From the NCBI GenBank assembly GCA_015062235.1, contig SUUZ01000008.1, forward strand, positions 272 to 64,271: a stretch of 64,000 nt of DNA. Reading direction: 5' to 3'. Source of the DNA: Alphaproteobacteria bacterium (lineage in GTDB: Bacteria; Pseudomonadota; Alphaproteobacteria; RF32; CAG-239). Shown in pieces: positions 54,827 to 63,520 of this stretch. Made by a program: the position numbers and the translations under genes. A model generated the notes under the pieces. The model was given only the letters and a program-made list of their open reading frames with translations. It had not been told where the DNA came from and searched no databases. Position 1 is the first letter of the stretch. Each line of letters opens with the position of its first letter.

Positions 54827-56752
54827 ATGGTTGCGATTAAATTGCCAGATGGCAGTGTGATGGAAATGGAAAGCGGGGTCAATGGTTTTGACATCGCTAA
54901 CAAAATTAGTTCAGGACTTGCAAAGGCTGCTTTAGCAGTAAAGATTGACGGAAAACTTACCGATTTGAGCACTCCTATCACTACCAACGCAACCGTAACT
55001 ATCATTACTGGTAAAGATAAGGAAGGCTTGGAAATTATCCGTCACTCTTGTTCACATATAATGGCCGAAGCTGTTAAAGAATTGTGGCCTGAAGTACAAG
55101 TTACAATTGGTCCTGCTATTGAAAACGGATTTTATTACGATTTTTCTCGTAAAGAACCATTTACAACCGAAGATTTTGAAAAAATCGAAGCTAAAATGCA
55201 CGAGATTGTGAAACGTGACGAAAAAGTAGAGCGCAAAGTTTTGCCTCGTAATGAAGCTATCGCTTATTTCAAAGGTATCGGTGAAAATTATAAAGCTGAG
55301 ATTATTGAAGATTTGCCTGAAAGCGAAACAATTTCGTTATATTCTCAAGGCAACTTTACCGATCTTTGTCGTGGTCCTCACGTTCCCTCAACAGGTAAAG
55401 TTGGTGATGCTTTCAAATTGATGAAAGTTGCTGGAGCTTATTGGCGAGGTGATTCTAGCAAAGAAATGTTACAACGTATCTATGCAACAGCATGGGCTGA
55501 TAAAAAAGACCTCAAAGCCTATTTAGAAATGTTGGAAGAAGCAGCCAAACGTGATCATCGCAAGCTCGGTCGTGATATGGATTTGTTCCATTTTGAGCCA
55601 GAATATGCTCCTGGTGCTGTTTTTTGGCATGATAAAGGATATAAAATTTATCGTAGGCTTATTGAGTATATGCGCAAGCGCCAAGATAACAATGGTTATA
55701 TTGAAGTTGCAACTCCTCGTATTATGGATAGATGCTTGTGGGAGACTTCGGGTCACTGGGAAAAATATGGTGCTCACAACTATTCTGGTAAAACCGAAGA
55801 TGAAAAAGTATTTTGTGTAAAACCGATGAATTGTCCTGGTGGACTTTTGGTCTATAAACAAGGTGTTAAATCATATCGTGATTTGCCGTTGCGTATGGCC
55901 GAATTTGGTATGGTAAACCGTTACGAAGCTTCAGGTTCGTTAATGGGGTTAATGCGTGTTCGTGAATTTACTCAAGACGATGCTCACATATTCTGTACAC
56001 CAGAACAAATGGAAGAAGAATGCATTACAACTTTGAAATTGATTTTGGATATTTACAAAGATTTCGGTTTCAACGAGGTTAAAATTTATCTTTCAACACG
56101 TCCAGAAAAACGTATTGGTTCTGACGAAATTTGGGACTTGTGTGAAAAATCTTTAGCTAATGCGTTAACTTCACATGGTTACGAGTTTGAAATTAATGAG
56201 GGCGAGGGCGCATTTTATGGTCCTAAGTTAGAATTTATTTTGCGTGACGCTATCGGTCGTGAATGGCAATGCGGAACAATTCAAGTTGATATGAACTTAC
56301 CTCAACGTTTTGATATCAGTTATATTGGCGAAGACGGCGAAAAACATCAACCAGTGATGTTGCATCGTGCCTTGTTTGGTTCTATTGAAAGATTCTTAGG
56401 GATTTTGATAGAAAATCATGCTGGAAGATTACCATTGTGGTTATCGCCAGAACAAGTCGTGGTTTGCCCGATTGTCAACGAATTTGATGATTATGCAAAC
56501 GAAGTTACAAATGCTTTGAAAAAAGCTGGTCTGTCTGCAAAAACAGACTTACGTAATGAAAAAATTAACTACAAAGTCAGAGAACATTCTGTTGCCAAAA
56601 TACCTGTTATTGCTGTTGTTGGTGCTAAAGAACGTGAAAATCGTACAGTTACTGTTCGTCGTATCGGTTCTGACAAACAAGAGGTTATGGCTTTAGATGA
56701 CTTTATCAAAGCTCTGGTTGAAGAAGCCAAAATGCCTCATGCTGATGAGTAA
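54827..56752 (+). CDS. thrS: Threonine--tRNA ligase
   Basis: TGS N-terminus (IKLPDGSVME), editing domain, class II core (RVREFTQDDAHIF), and anticodon-binding domain. 641 aa. Confidence 0.95.
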   Translation: MVAIKLPDGSVMEMESGVNGFDIANKISSGLAKAALAVKIDGKLTDLSTPITTNATVTIITGKDKEGLEIIRHSCSHIMAEAVKELWPEVQVTIGPAIENGFYYDFSRKEPFTTEDFEKIEAKMHEIVKRDEKVERKVLPRNEAIAYFKGIGENYKAEIIEDLPESETISLYSQGNFTDLCRGPHVPSTGKVGDAFKLMKVAGAYWRGDSSKEMLQRIYATAWADKKDLKAYLEMLEEAAKRDHRKLGRDMDLFHFEPEYAPGAVFWHDKGYKIYRRLIEYMRKRQDNNGYIEVATPRIMDRCLWETSGHWEKYGAHNYSGKTEDEKVFCVKPMNCPGGLLVYKQGVKSYRDLPLRMAEFGMVNRYEASGSLMGLMRVREFTQDDAHIFCTPEQMEEECITTLKLILDIYKDFGFNEVKIYLSTRPEKRIGSDEIWDLCEKSLANALTSHGYEFEINEGEGAFYGPKLEFILRDAIGREWQCGTIQVDMNLPQRFDISYIGEDGEKHQPVMLHRALFGSIERFLGILIENHAGRLPLWLSPEQVVVCPIVNEFDDYANEVTNALKKAGLSAKTDLRNEKINYKVREHSVAKIPVIAVVGAKERENRTVTVRRIGSDKQEVMALDDFIKALVEEAKMPHADE

Positions 56753-56758
56753 TATTTA

Positions 56759-57025
56759 ATGTTTGAATTAATCGGTTTAATTGGGTCACTATGCTTTGCG
56801 GTCAATTCATGGCCGCAAGCATGGATGGCTTATAAAAATAAAACAGCTCAAGGTGTTTCGTTATATCTTTTGATATTTGCCACACTTGGAGGTGCATGCT
56901 CTTTGGTTTATGTCGTTGCAACTAAACAATATGCCATTATACCGAATTTCCTTTGCGGACTTATGGGGATTTTGGTGGTCTTTTATTATAAGTTGCATGA
57001 TATTTTTAAGGGGGCTAAGCAATGA
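56759..57025 (+). CDS. SemiSWEET-like PQ-loop protein A (3 TM)
   Basis: 88 aa with three hydrophobic helices. The PQ motif is in TM1, followed by WPQAWMAYKNKTAQGVS. Confidence 0.65.
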   Translation: MFELIGLIGSLCFAVNSWPQAWMAYKNKTAQGVSLYLLIFATLGGACSLVYVVATKQYAIIPNFLCGLMGILVVFYYKLHDIFKGAKQ

Positions 57026-57282
57026 TTCAAATAATCGGTTATATCGGTTCATTGGCCTATGCTCTCTGTGGATTGCCCCAAGCAGTATTAAGTATTAAAA
57101 ACGGACATTCTCAAGGTATATCTCGTGCTTATGCGCTGTTGTCATTGTTAGGTTCTGTCTTAAGTTTGATATATGCTTTTCCGCGCGGAGATTTTGTGTT
57201 GTTGCTAAACTTTGGCGTAAATATTATTGTTTGGAGCATAGTTTTAAAATATAGCTATTTTGAACGTCTAAAAAACAAGTAA
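57022..57282 (+). CDS. SemiSWEET-like PQ-loop protein B (3 TM)
   Basis: 86 aa with LPQAVLSIKNGHSQGIS. It is paralogous to protein A. Its start overlaps the stop of A (ATGA). Confidence 0.65.
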   Translation: MIQIIGYIGSLAYALCGLPQAVLSIKNGHSQGISRAYALLSLLGSVLSLIYAFPRGDFVLLLNFGVNIIVWSIVLKYSYFERLKNK

Positions 57283-57303
57283 AGTACCAGCTAAAACCAC
57301 AAG

Positions 57304-57744
57304 TTAACGAGTATAGTTGTTGTGTTCATAAAATTTTGCTCTTCCTTCATTGGCAGCCAGATCAGCGAAACGATTGCCAATAGAATGAGTTTGAAAAACA
57401 CGTTGATGAGCCTTTATTTTTTCTAGCTGAATACCACGACGTCTAATTTGGTATGCCCAATATTCACAGTATTTATGACGAATAAACTGTTCGTTGGTTC
57501 TAGGTTTATCCTTAACTCCACGTTTAATATAGTCAATTGCAACCTGACTATCAGTATATATAGTTCCATTACCAGAAGTTAAGATACTGGCCAAATGTAT
57601 AGCAAAAAGCTCGGCCTCATTATTTGACCGAGCTTGTGTCCATGTTGAGAATAATTTTCTTTTACTGCCATTCTCAATAATTATACCAATACCTGCAATT
57701 CCCCTTTTATCATCAAATGAGCTGTCACAATATGCTTTTATCAT
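57304..57744 (-). CDS. RNase H type-1 fold protein (RVT_3-like)
   Basis: D/E/D/D candidates in the contexts CDSS, NNEAELFA, IYTDSQ and RFADLAAN. 146 aa. It lacks the canonical RnhA WxxNGW region. Confidence 0.6.
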   Translation of the reverse strand: MIKAYCDSSFDDKRGIAGIGIIIENGSKRKLFSTWTQARSNNEAELFAIHLASILTSGNGTIYTDSQVAIDYIKRGVKDKPRTNEQFIRHKYCEYWAYQIRRRGIQLEKIKAHQRVFQTHSIGNRFADLAANEGRAKFYEHNNYTR

Positions 57745-57848
57745 CGTATCACCTCACTATTATCACACATTTGAGATATAGTAATTAAAAAGGAGCATTC
57801 TATATAATTTTAGCCATATTTATATATTGCTAAATAAAATGGATATAC

Positions 57849-57883
57849 AAAAAAACTCCGTTTAAATGTGTTTAAACGGAGTT
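57849..57883 (-). terminator. Rho-independent terminator after the DegT aminotransferase gene
   Basis: The minus strand reads aactccgtttaaa-caca-tttaaacggagtt followed by TTTTT. Confidence 0.8.
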
Positions 57884-57913
57884 GCGCCCTTATTTAAATT
57901 TGACTGATACTAT

Positions 57914-59074
57914 TTAGGCGGCTTTAGACTTCTTTTGAGAAGCAAATTCGTTCATACAGCCAATAACATAGTCTAGTTGTTCTTTATCCAAATATGGAGT
58001 CATTGGAATACTAAGAACCGTTTTTGAAAGTTTTTCACAAACAGGCATTGGACGAGTATTCCATTTTGCATAAGCTGTTTGAGTATTTACAGGACGTGGA
58101 TAATATGCACCACAAGGAATACCTTTTTCTTTCAAATAAGCCATTAATTCATCACGATCTTCACAATGAATTGTGTAAAGAGCATAAGCAGATTTACAAT
58201 TTGGCAAAATATGTTGTTTACCAAAGTAGTTATCAAGTTCTGCATCATAACGAGCAGCAACTTCTGCACGAGCTTTTAATTCTGCATCAAATACTGTCAA
58301 TTTTTGCAATAATACTGCAGCCTGGAAAGTATTCATACGTCCAGTCATACCAAGACGAATATTATCATAATGATCTGTTGCGCTCATACCATGAACACGA
58401 CAAGATTTCAAAAGCTCATTTTCTTCTTCGGAATTAGTAAAAGTAGCACCACCATCGCCATAACCACCAAGAGGTTTGGTTGGATAGAACGAAGTTGCAG
58501 TCATATCTGCAATTGATCCTGCTTTTTTACCTTTATAAACAGAACCATAAGATTGGCAAGAATCTGACAAAACCTTGAGATTATTTTTTGCTGCGATAGA
58601 CATAATTGCATCATAATCACAAGGAGAACCAAAAATATCAACAGGGATGATAACTTTTGGTGTAAGTTTTCCTTCTTTTTTAACTTCAGCAATAGCGCGT
58701 TCCAAATCATTTATATCCATATTGAAAGTATTTGGATCAGAATCAACAAAAATAGGAGTAGCCCCAACAATAGCAACACATTCAGCTGATGCAACAAAAG
58801 TGAATGATGAAACAAACACAGCATCACCAGCGCCAACACCCCATGCCATCAATGCAAGAGTAAGAGCATCTGTACCAGAACCACAAGTAGCACAAAATTT
58901 TGTACCCGAATAATTTGCCAAAGCTGTATCAAGTTCTCTAGTTTCTGGACCTTGGCAATAGCCTCCATGATCTAAAATTGTTTTGAATGCATCTAAAAAC
59001 TTCTGCTGTCCAATAACTTGTTGAGTAGTTTTGCAGTCAAATAGAGGTATTGCTTTTTCTGGTTTATTTAACAT
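57914..59074 (-). CDS. DegT/DnrJ/EryC1/StrS-family sugar aminotransferase
   Basis: PLP-aminotransferase pattern (GSGTDALTLAL, DAVFVSSFTFVASAE, SFYPTKPLGGYGDGG). The substrate cannot be determined from sequence. Confidence 0.8.
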   Translation of the reverse strand: MLNKPEKAIPLFDCKTTQQVIGQQKFLDAFKTILDHGGYCQGPETRELDTALANYSGTKFCATCGSGTDALTLALMAWGVGAGDAVFVSSFTFVASAECVAIVGATPIFVDSDPNTFNMDINDLERAIAEVKKEGKLTPKVIIPVDIFGSPCDYDAIMSIAAKNNLKVLSDSCQSYGSVYKGKKAGSIADMTATSFYPTKPLGGYGDGGATFTNSEEENELLKSCRVHGMSATDHYDNIRLGMTGRMNTFQAAVLLQKLTVFDAELKARAEVAARYDAELDNYFGKQHILPNCKSAYALYTIHCEDRDELMAYLKEKGIPCGAYYPRPVNTQTAYAKWNTRPMPVCEKLSKTVLSIPMTPYLDKEQLDYVIGCMNEFASQKKSKAA

Positions 59075-59277
59075 TATATTCTTCCTTTAATATCTAGTAG
59101 TTACACGTTTTCTGGCAAGGATATTAAAAAAAAAATACTTAGTTAGCAAAACACAAAATCTTTCATATTTGTAACAAATAGCTAATCTTATGCAACATAC
59201 AACAGATTATCTTGATTTTCTCAAACAAAAATGGTATATACACTGTTAGTTATTTTTTATATGTTAGGAGAAAAATT

Positions 59278-60036
59278 GTGAATAACTTAAAGAAACTAGC
59301 TGTTATTTCAACTTTACTACTTGTTTCTGCTTGTGCAACCAATATTCACCGTAACGAAGAACAAGCAGATCCTTTTGAAAATTTTAATCGTAAAGTTTTT
59401 TCTTTTAACGATGCTGTTTATGAGAATGTTTTTTTTCCTGTTGCTCGCGGGTATCGAGCTGTAACCACTCCTTTTATTCGTGAAAGAGTTAATAGTTTTG
59501 TCGCTAATCTAGATGAACCTATTTCAGCTGCCAACCATTTGTTGCAGTTAGAATTTACAGCTGCAGTTAAAAACTTAACTCGTGTTGTTCTCAACACAAC
59601 CTTAGGACTTGCTGGTACTTTTGATGTTGCACAAGGGTGGGGGCTTGAACCTGACAAGGCTACATTTAACCAAACAATGGCTAGTTGGTGTGTAGCAGAC
59701 GGTCCATATCTGGTCGTTCCATTTATTGGTGGCAATACAACTCGTGGTATCGTTGGTACAGCTGTAGATGCAGCTGCCGATCCTGTTTATTGGATGACTT
59801 ATAATGACGCAAATTATCATGATAAAATTGCCTATCCATATGCCGCTTTGAAATATACCGCGAAAGCCGAAAATTATATGGATTTATACAACGATTTTAA
59901 GAAAAATTCAGTTGACTTCTATGCAACAATGCGTTCTGCTTATTTGCAAAATCAACGCAAATTAAAGTGTCGCTTTGCTCCAGAAGAACAAACAGAGTCA
60001 TATGATTTTGACTTTGATGAAGATTGGGAAGAATAA
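59278..60036 (+). CDS. mlaA: MlaA/VacJ-family outer-membrane lipoprotein
   Basis: GTG 59278 is preceded by AGGAG. Lipobox LLLVSACAT and DPFENFNRKVFSFND. The track start TTG 59212 is less likely. Confidence 0.8.
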   Translation: MNNLKKLAVISTLLLVSACATNIHRNEEQADPFENFNRKVFSFNDAVYENVFFPVARGYRAVTTPFIRERVNSFVANLDEPISAANHLLQLEFTAAVKNLTRVVLNTTLGLAGTFDVAQGWGLEPDKATFNQTMASWCVADGPYLVVPFIGGNTTRGIVGTAVDAAADPVYWMTYNDANYHDKIAYPYAALKYTAKAENYMDLYNDFKKNSVDFYATMRSAYLQNQRKLKCRFAPEEQTESYDFDFDEDWEE

Positions 60037-60065
60037 TTTTTTAACTAAAAACGAGGAAGTTACCG

Positions 60066-60680
60066 ATGAAAAAAAATATCTTTACTTTGATTTTAGCTGT
60101 TTGTATGGGCTTTGTTTCAACAGCAAATGCAGAGGTTGATGCAACAAAAGCAGAAGATTTTATTAAAACAACAACAGCTAAAGGTGTTGAACAAATTATC
60201 AATGCAAATGTCAGCCAACAAGAAAAAGATAAACGTTTTTATGATTTATTGAATGGTGCTTTGGATATGGACTTTATTGGACAGTTCGTATTAGGACGCA
60301 ATTGGAGAACAGCTACAGCACAACAACGTAAAGATTTTATCAATGTTTATCGTGATTTAAATATTGCTACATGGTCAAAAAGATTCAACGAATTCAAAGG
60401 CAAAAATTTTGTATTCAAGGGTACTTCGCCTTCAAGTTCTAAAGGACAAGTTTTTGTTAACACCATTGTTCCTATGGACCAAGGTGAACCAGCAAAAGTA
60501 TTGTGGCGTGTAAGAGAAAAAAATGGTAATTACAAAATCGTTGATATTGTTATTGAAGGTGTAAGTTTGGCTCAAGCTTCTCGTAGCGAATATACAGCTT
60601 TCATCAAGAACAATGCAGGCGGAATAGATGCTTTAATTAAAAATTTGAACGAGAAATTGGCTCAACAAAAAACAAAATAA
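60066..60680 (+). CDS. mlaC: MlaC/Ttg2D-family periplasmic phospholipid-binding protein
   Basis: Signal peptide. DFIGQFVLGRNWRTATAQQRKDFINVYRDL is typical of the family. Confidence 0.7.
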   Translation: MKKNIFTLILAVCMGFVSTANAEVDATKAEDFIKTTTAKGVEQIINANVSQQEKDKRFYDLLNGALDMDFIGQFVLGRNWRTATAQQRKDFINVYRDLNIATWSKRFNEFKGKNFVFKGTSPSSSKGQVFVNTIVPMDQGEPAKVLWRVREKNGNYKIVDIVIEGVSLAQASRSEYTAFIKNNAGGIDALIKNLNEKLAQQKTK

Positions 60681-60710
60681 TCTTCTTAAATCAACAAGAG
60701 GACTTTAAAA

Positions 60711-61691
60711 ATGAAAAAAATATTAGTCATGGGTGGAGCTGGCTATATCGGTTCGCACACCGTTAAGCATTTACTTGATAATGATTATGAAGTAGTTGTT
60801 GCCGATAATCTAATTTATGGACACTTAAATGCTGTTGATAAAAGAGCATCTTTTATCCATGCAGATTTACTAGATACCATATCATTACAAAGAGTTTTTC
60901 AAAATTATAAAATAGATGCAGTTGTTCATTTTGCCGCATTTACTTATGTTGGTGAAAGCGTAGAAAATCCTGAAAAATACTATTATAATAACGTGGTAGG
61001 AACAGTTAATTTACTTAATACTATGAAAAACTATGGCGTTAAAAAAATAGTATTTTCTAGTACCTGTGCCACTTATGGTGAGCCAAAGTATATGCCTTTA
61101 GATGAAAAACATTCGCAAAATCCTATTAATCCGTATGGTCGCACCAAATTAATGATTGAGCAAATATTCAGTGATTATGCAAAAGCTTATGATTTAGAAT
61201 ATATTGCTTTGCGTTATTTTAATGCAGCTGGAGCTGCATCAGATGCTTCTATTGGAGAAGATCATAATCCAGAAACACATCTTATTCCTTTAGTATTAAA
61301 GGCTATTAAAGGGGAGCGAGCTAGCATAAAAATATTTGGTACAGACTATGATACACCTGATGGAACTTGTATTAGAGACTATATTCATGTTGAAGATTTG
61401 GCTTTAGCTCATCGTTTAGCTTTAGAAAAACTTGGTTCATATAGTGGCTGTATAAATCTTGGTACAGGAGTTGGAACAAGTGTTAAAGAGATTATTAAAG
61501 CAGCCGAAGATGTTAGTGGAAAAAAGTGTCCTGTTGAATATGCCGAACGTCGAGCTGGCGACCCTGCACGCCTGTTTGCAAACAACTCAAAAGCAAAAGA
61601 TATTTTAGGTTGGCAACCTAAATATAACGATATTAAAGATATTGTTCAAACAGCTTGGAATTGGGAATTAAAAAAGAGTTCATGGATCTGA
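60711..61691 (+). CDS. galE: UDP-glucose 4-epimerase GalE
   Basis: GGAGYIGSH, SSTCATYG, the YGRTK catalytic motif, and RDYIHVEDLA. Confidence 0.9.
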   Translation: MKKILVMGGAGYIGSHTVKHLLDNDYEVVVADNLIYGHLNAVDKRASFIHADLLDTISLQRVFQNYKIDAVVHFAAFTYVGESVENPEKYYYNNVVGTVNLLNTMKNYGVKKIVFSSTCATYGEPKYMPLDEKHSQNPINPYGRTKLMIEQIFSDYAKAYDLEYIALRYFNAAGAASDASIGEDHNPETHLIPLVLKAIKGERASIKIFGTDYDTPDGTCIRDYIHVEDLALAHRLALEKLGSYSGCINLGTGVGTSVKEIIKAAEDVSGKKCPVEYAERRAGDPARLFANNSKAKDILGWQPKYNDIKDIVQTAWNWELKKSSWI

Positions 61692-61726
61692 GCTTTATCG
61701 TATTTCGTTAATGCTATGTTTAGGCG

Positions 61727-62008
61727 ATGACAAAAATACTGTCATTCTTGACATGCACAGGTTGGTTTTTACCCAGCTTGAGAGAGCTTTCAGATATATA
61801 TGACAATAAGGAGTTGGTTAGCTCTTCTAGGGTTAAAGCTGGCGGAACTGCTATAGCAAATGGTGGCTACTGGTCATCTACCGAAAGAACGGGAACAGAT
61901 AGTGGTGGTGGTTATACGGCTTTTACTTTTTACATGGGCAGTAATGGTACTGCTGGCTATTCTGCTTATCAGTTTAATAATTATGTCAGCTGCGCGATTA
62001 GCTACTAA
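61727..62008 (+). pseudogene. DUF1566 (Lcl C-terminal)-like domain fragment
   Basis: The 93-aa ORF carries GWFLPSLRELSDIY and GGYWSSTE and ends in the equivalent of YVSCAISY. These are typical of DUF1566, but there is no signal peptide or N-terminal part. Confidence 0.4.
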
Positions 62009-62029
62009 ATCATATACTGAACGATACAA

Positions 62030-62057
62030 AAAAATCCCCCTGTTTAGGGGGATTTTT
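62030..62057. terminator. Bidirectional hairpin terminator
   Basis: 11-bp stem aaaaatccccc/gggggattttt with a 6-nt loop. The A/T runs supply U-tracts on both strands. Confidence 0.8.
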
Positions 62058-62058
62058 A

Positions 62059-62793
62059 CTACATTGGTGGAACAACAGGAAGTTTTGCTGGTGCATTAGG
62101 TCCTTTAGGAATAACAGGGCCATTAGGGTTAGCATTAGGTCCTTTAGGAATAACAGGGCCATTAGGGTTAGCGTTTGGTCCTTTAGGAATAACAGGTCCG
62201 TTAGGGTTAGCATTAGGTCCCTTAGGGATAACGGGACCATTAGGATTAGCGTTTGGTCCTTTAGGAACAACAGGGCCTTTAACATTAGCATTAGGTCCTT
62301 TTGCCACTGCCTGAGGAGGTGTTGGTTTATCTGATAATGATGTCAAATTATTCAAAATTGCATGACTAACCTTGTCACCAATTTTAATACTATGACGTCT
62401 AACTTGTCCTGCGTTTAATTCAACAACAGCCCGAACAGGATCGCGCGAGATAATATGCTCTTCTGACATAGGAGTCGCATTTTCTTTTATCATACTAATT
62501 GTAGCATCAGGAGCAATAAACAGCATATCAAGTGCCAGTTTAGTATTTTTCATCCACATAGCTGTTGGTCTAACAGGATATATACTAAATATCATGCCAT
62601 TATTTGCTGGCATTTGAGTACGAAACATCAAACCTTTTTGCAATTCTTCAGGGCTTGAAGCAACTTCAACATTAAAACGTACTTCTCCATTTGATGTTGT
62701 AATAACCAAAGGTGTAGTAGGTTTTTGTTCCATTTCTTGAGAACATGCAAATAAAAACAAAGTTGCTAATAATACACGCGACATTTTCGACAT
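62059..62793 (-). CDS. DUF192-domain lipoprotein with C-terminal PKGPNANPNGPVI tandem repeats
   Basis: The start at 62793 has AAGGAG 10 nt upstream. Lipobox LFLFACSQ. DUF192-like core (ELQKGLMFR...MWMKNTKLALDMLFI). The tail has about five and a half 13-aa repeats. Confidence 0.7.
   Translation of the reverse strand: MSKMSRVLLATLFLFACSQEMEQKPTTPLVITTSNGEVRFNVEVASSPEELQKGLMFRTQMPANNGMIFSIYPVRPTAMWMKNTKLALDMLFIAPDATISMIKENATPMSEEHIISRDPVRAVVELNAGQVRRHSIKIGDKVSHAILNNLTSLSDKPTPPQAVAKGPNANVKGPVVPKGPNANPNGPVIPKGPNANPNGPVIPKGPNANPNGPVIPKGPNANPNGPVIPKGPNAPAKLPVVPPM
62093..62305. repeat. 39-bp tandem repeat (about 5.5 units) inside the DUF192 gene
   Basis: Units start at 62093, 62132, 62171, 62210 and 62249, with a partial unit from 62288. 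The first two units are identical. Later units differ mostly at synonymous-looking positions. Confidence 0.9.
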
Positions 62794-62807
62794 CGTTGAT
62801 ATTCTCC

Positions 62808-63332
62808 TTATTTTTTCAATTTTTTCGGTGACCAAGCCGATACCTTTACAGGACCATTTTGTGAAATTAAAATTTTTGTTTTATTTTGCTTGTTGCATTG
62901 ACTTTGAAGTGAGTTTTCAAAAGAAGCAACAAAGTTTATGGGGTCAACAACATTATCTTTTTCTGAACGATAAGATTGCTTAAAACAATCAAGCGACATA
63001 ACAAATTGAGACAGCTCATTTTCAGATTTATTACTATACTTCTGCCAAATTAGTTCCAAAAATCTACTATTTTCAGCGCAGACACTGTTTTTGGGCATAA
63101 GAGGCAGTCCAAAACTTAATATTGCTCTAATTGTTGGTTCATAAAAACCAGTCTTTTCACAAACAAAAAGTGATGGCATCAAATAACATCCATTTTTTAG
63201 AGCAAAATGAATCTGTGATAAAAACAGCAAGTGTTGAACTTTTTTTTCATCAATAATCTTCTTATCGTCTTCAGCCTTGCGATAAAACCAATTAACAATA
63301 TCCAGAGATGAATCCATTTTTTGTACAATCAT
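62808..63332 (-). CDS. Panacea/DUF4065 (SocA/GepA-like) domain protein
   Basis: LDIVNWFYRKAEDDKKIIDEKKVQHLLFLSQIHFALKNGCYLMPSLFVCEKTGFYEPTI follows the DUF4065 pattern (D..NWF...A......I...KLQKLLY.AQ...L....L....F.AW..GPV.P). The match is loose in the second half. Confidence 0.45.
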   Translation of the reverse strand: MIVQKMDSSLDIVNWFYRKAEDDKKIIDEKKVQHLLFLSQIHFALKNGCYLMPSLFVCEKTGFYEPTIRAILSFGLPLMPKNSVCAENSRFLELIWQKYSNKSENELSQFVMSLDCFKQSYRSEKDNVVDPINFVASFENSLQSQCNKQNKTKILISQNGPVKVSAWSPKKLKK

Positions 63333-63520
63333 TTAAGAAACCCAACATATATAAAACAATGATATCCAAATTATAATATAAGCTTTGATAATTACAAACA
63401 AATATTTCAAAATAATCACTTTTTAATTATTTGCTTAAAAGTAATTTTTTGCTCTTGTGTAATAAATATAATTGTTTTATCTTGTCAAAAGGTATAATTT
63501 TTTAATAAGGTTTAGCAAAA

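Noticed and set aside
62010-62291. 93-aa minus-strand ORF in an alternative frame across the 39-bp repeats
   Set aside because: It is a frame-shifted shadow of the VNTR. The frame continuous with the DUF192 domain and lipobox is the real one.
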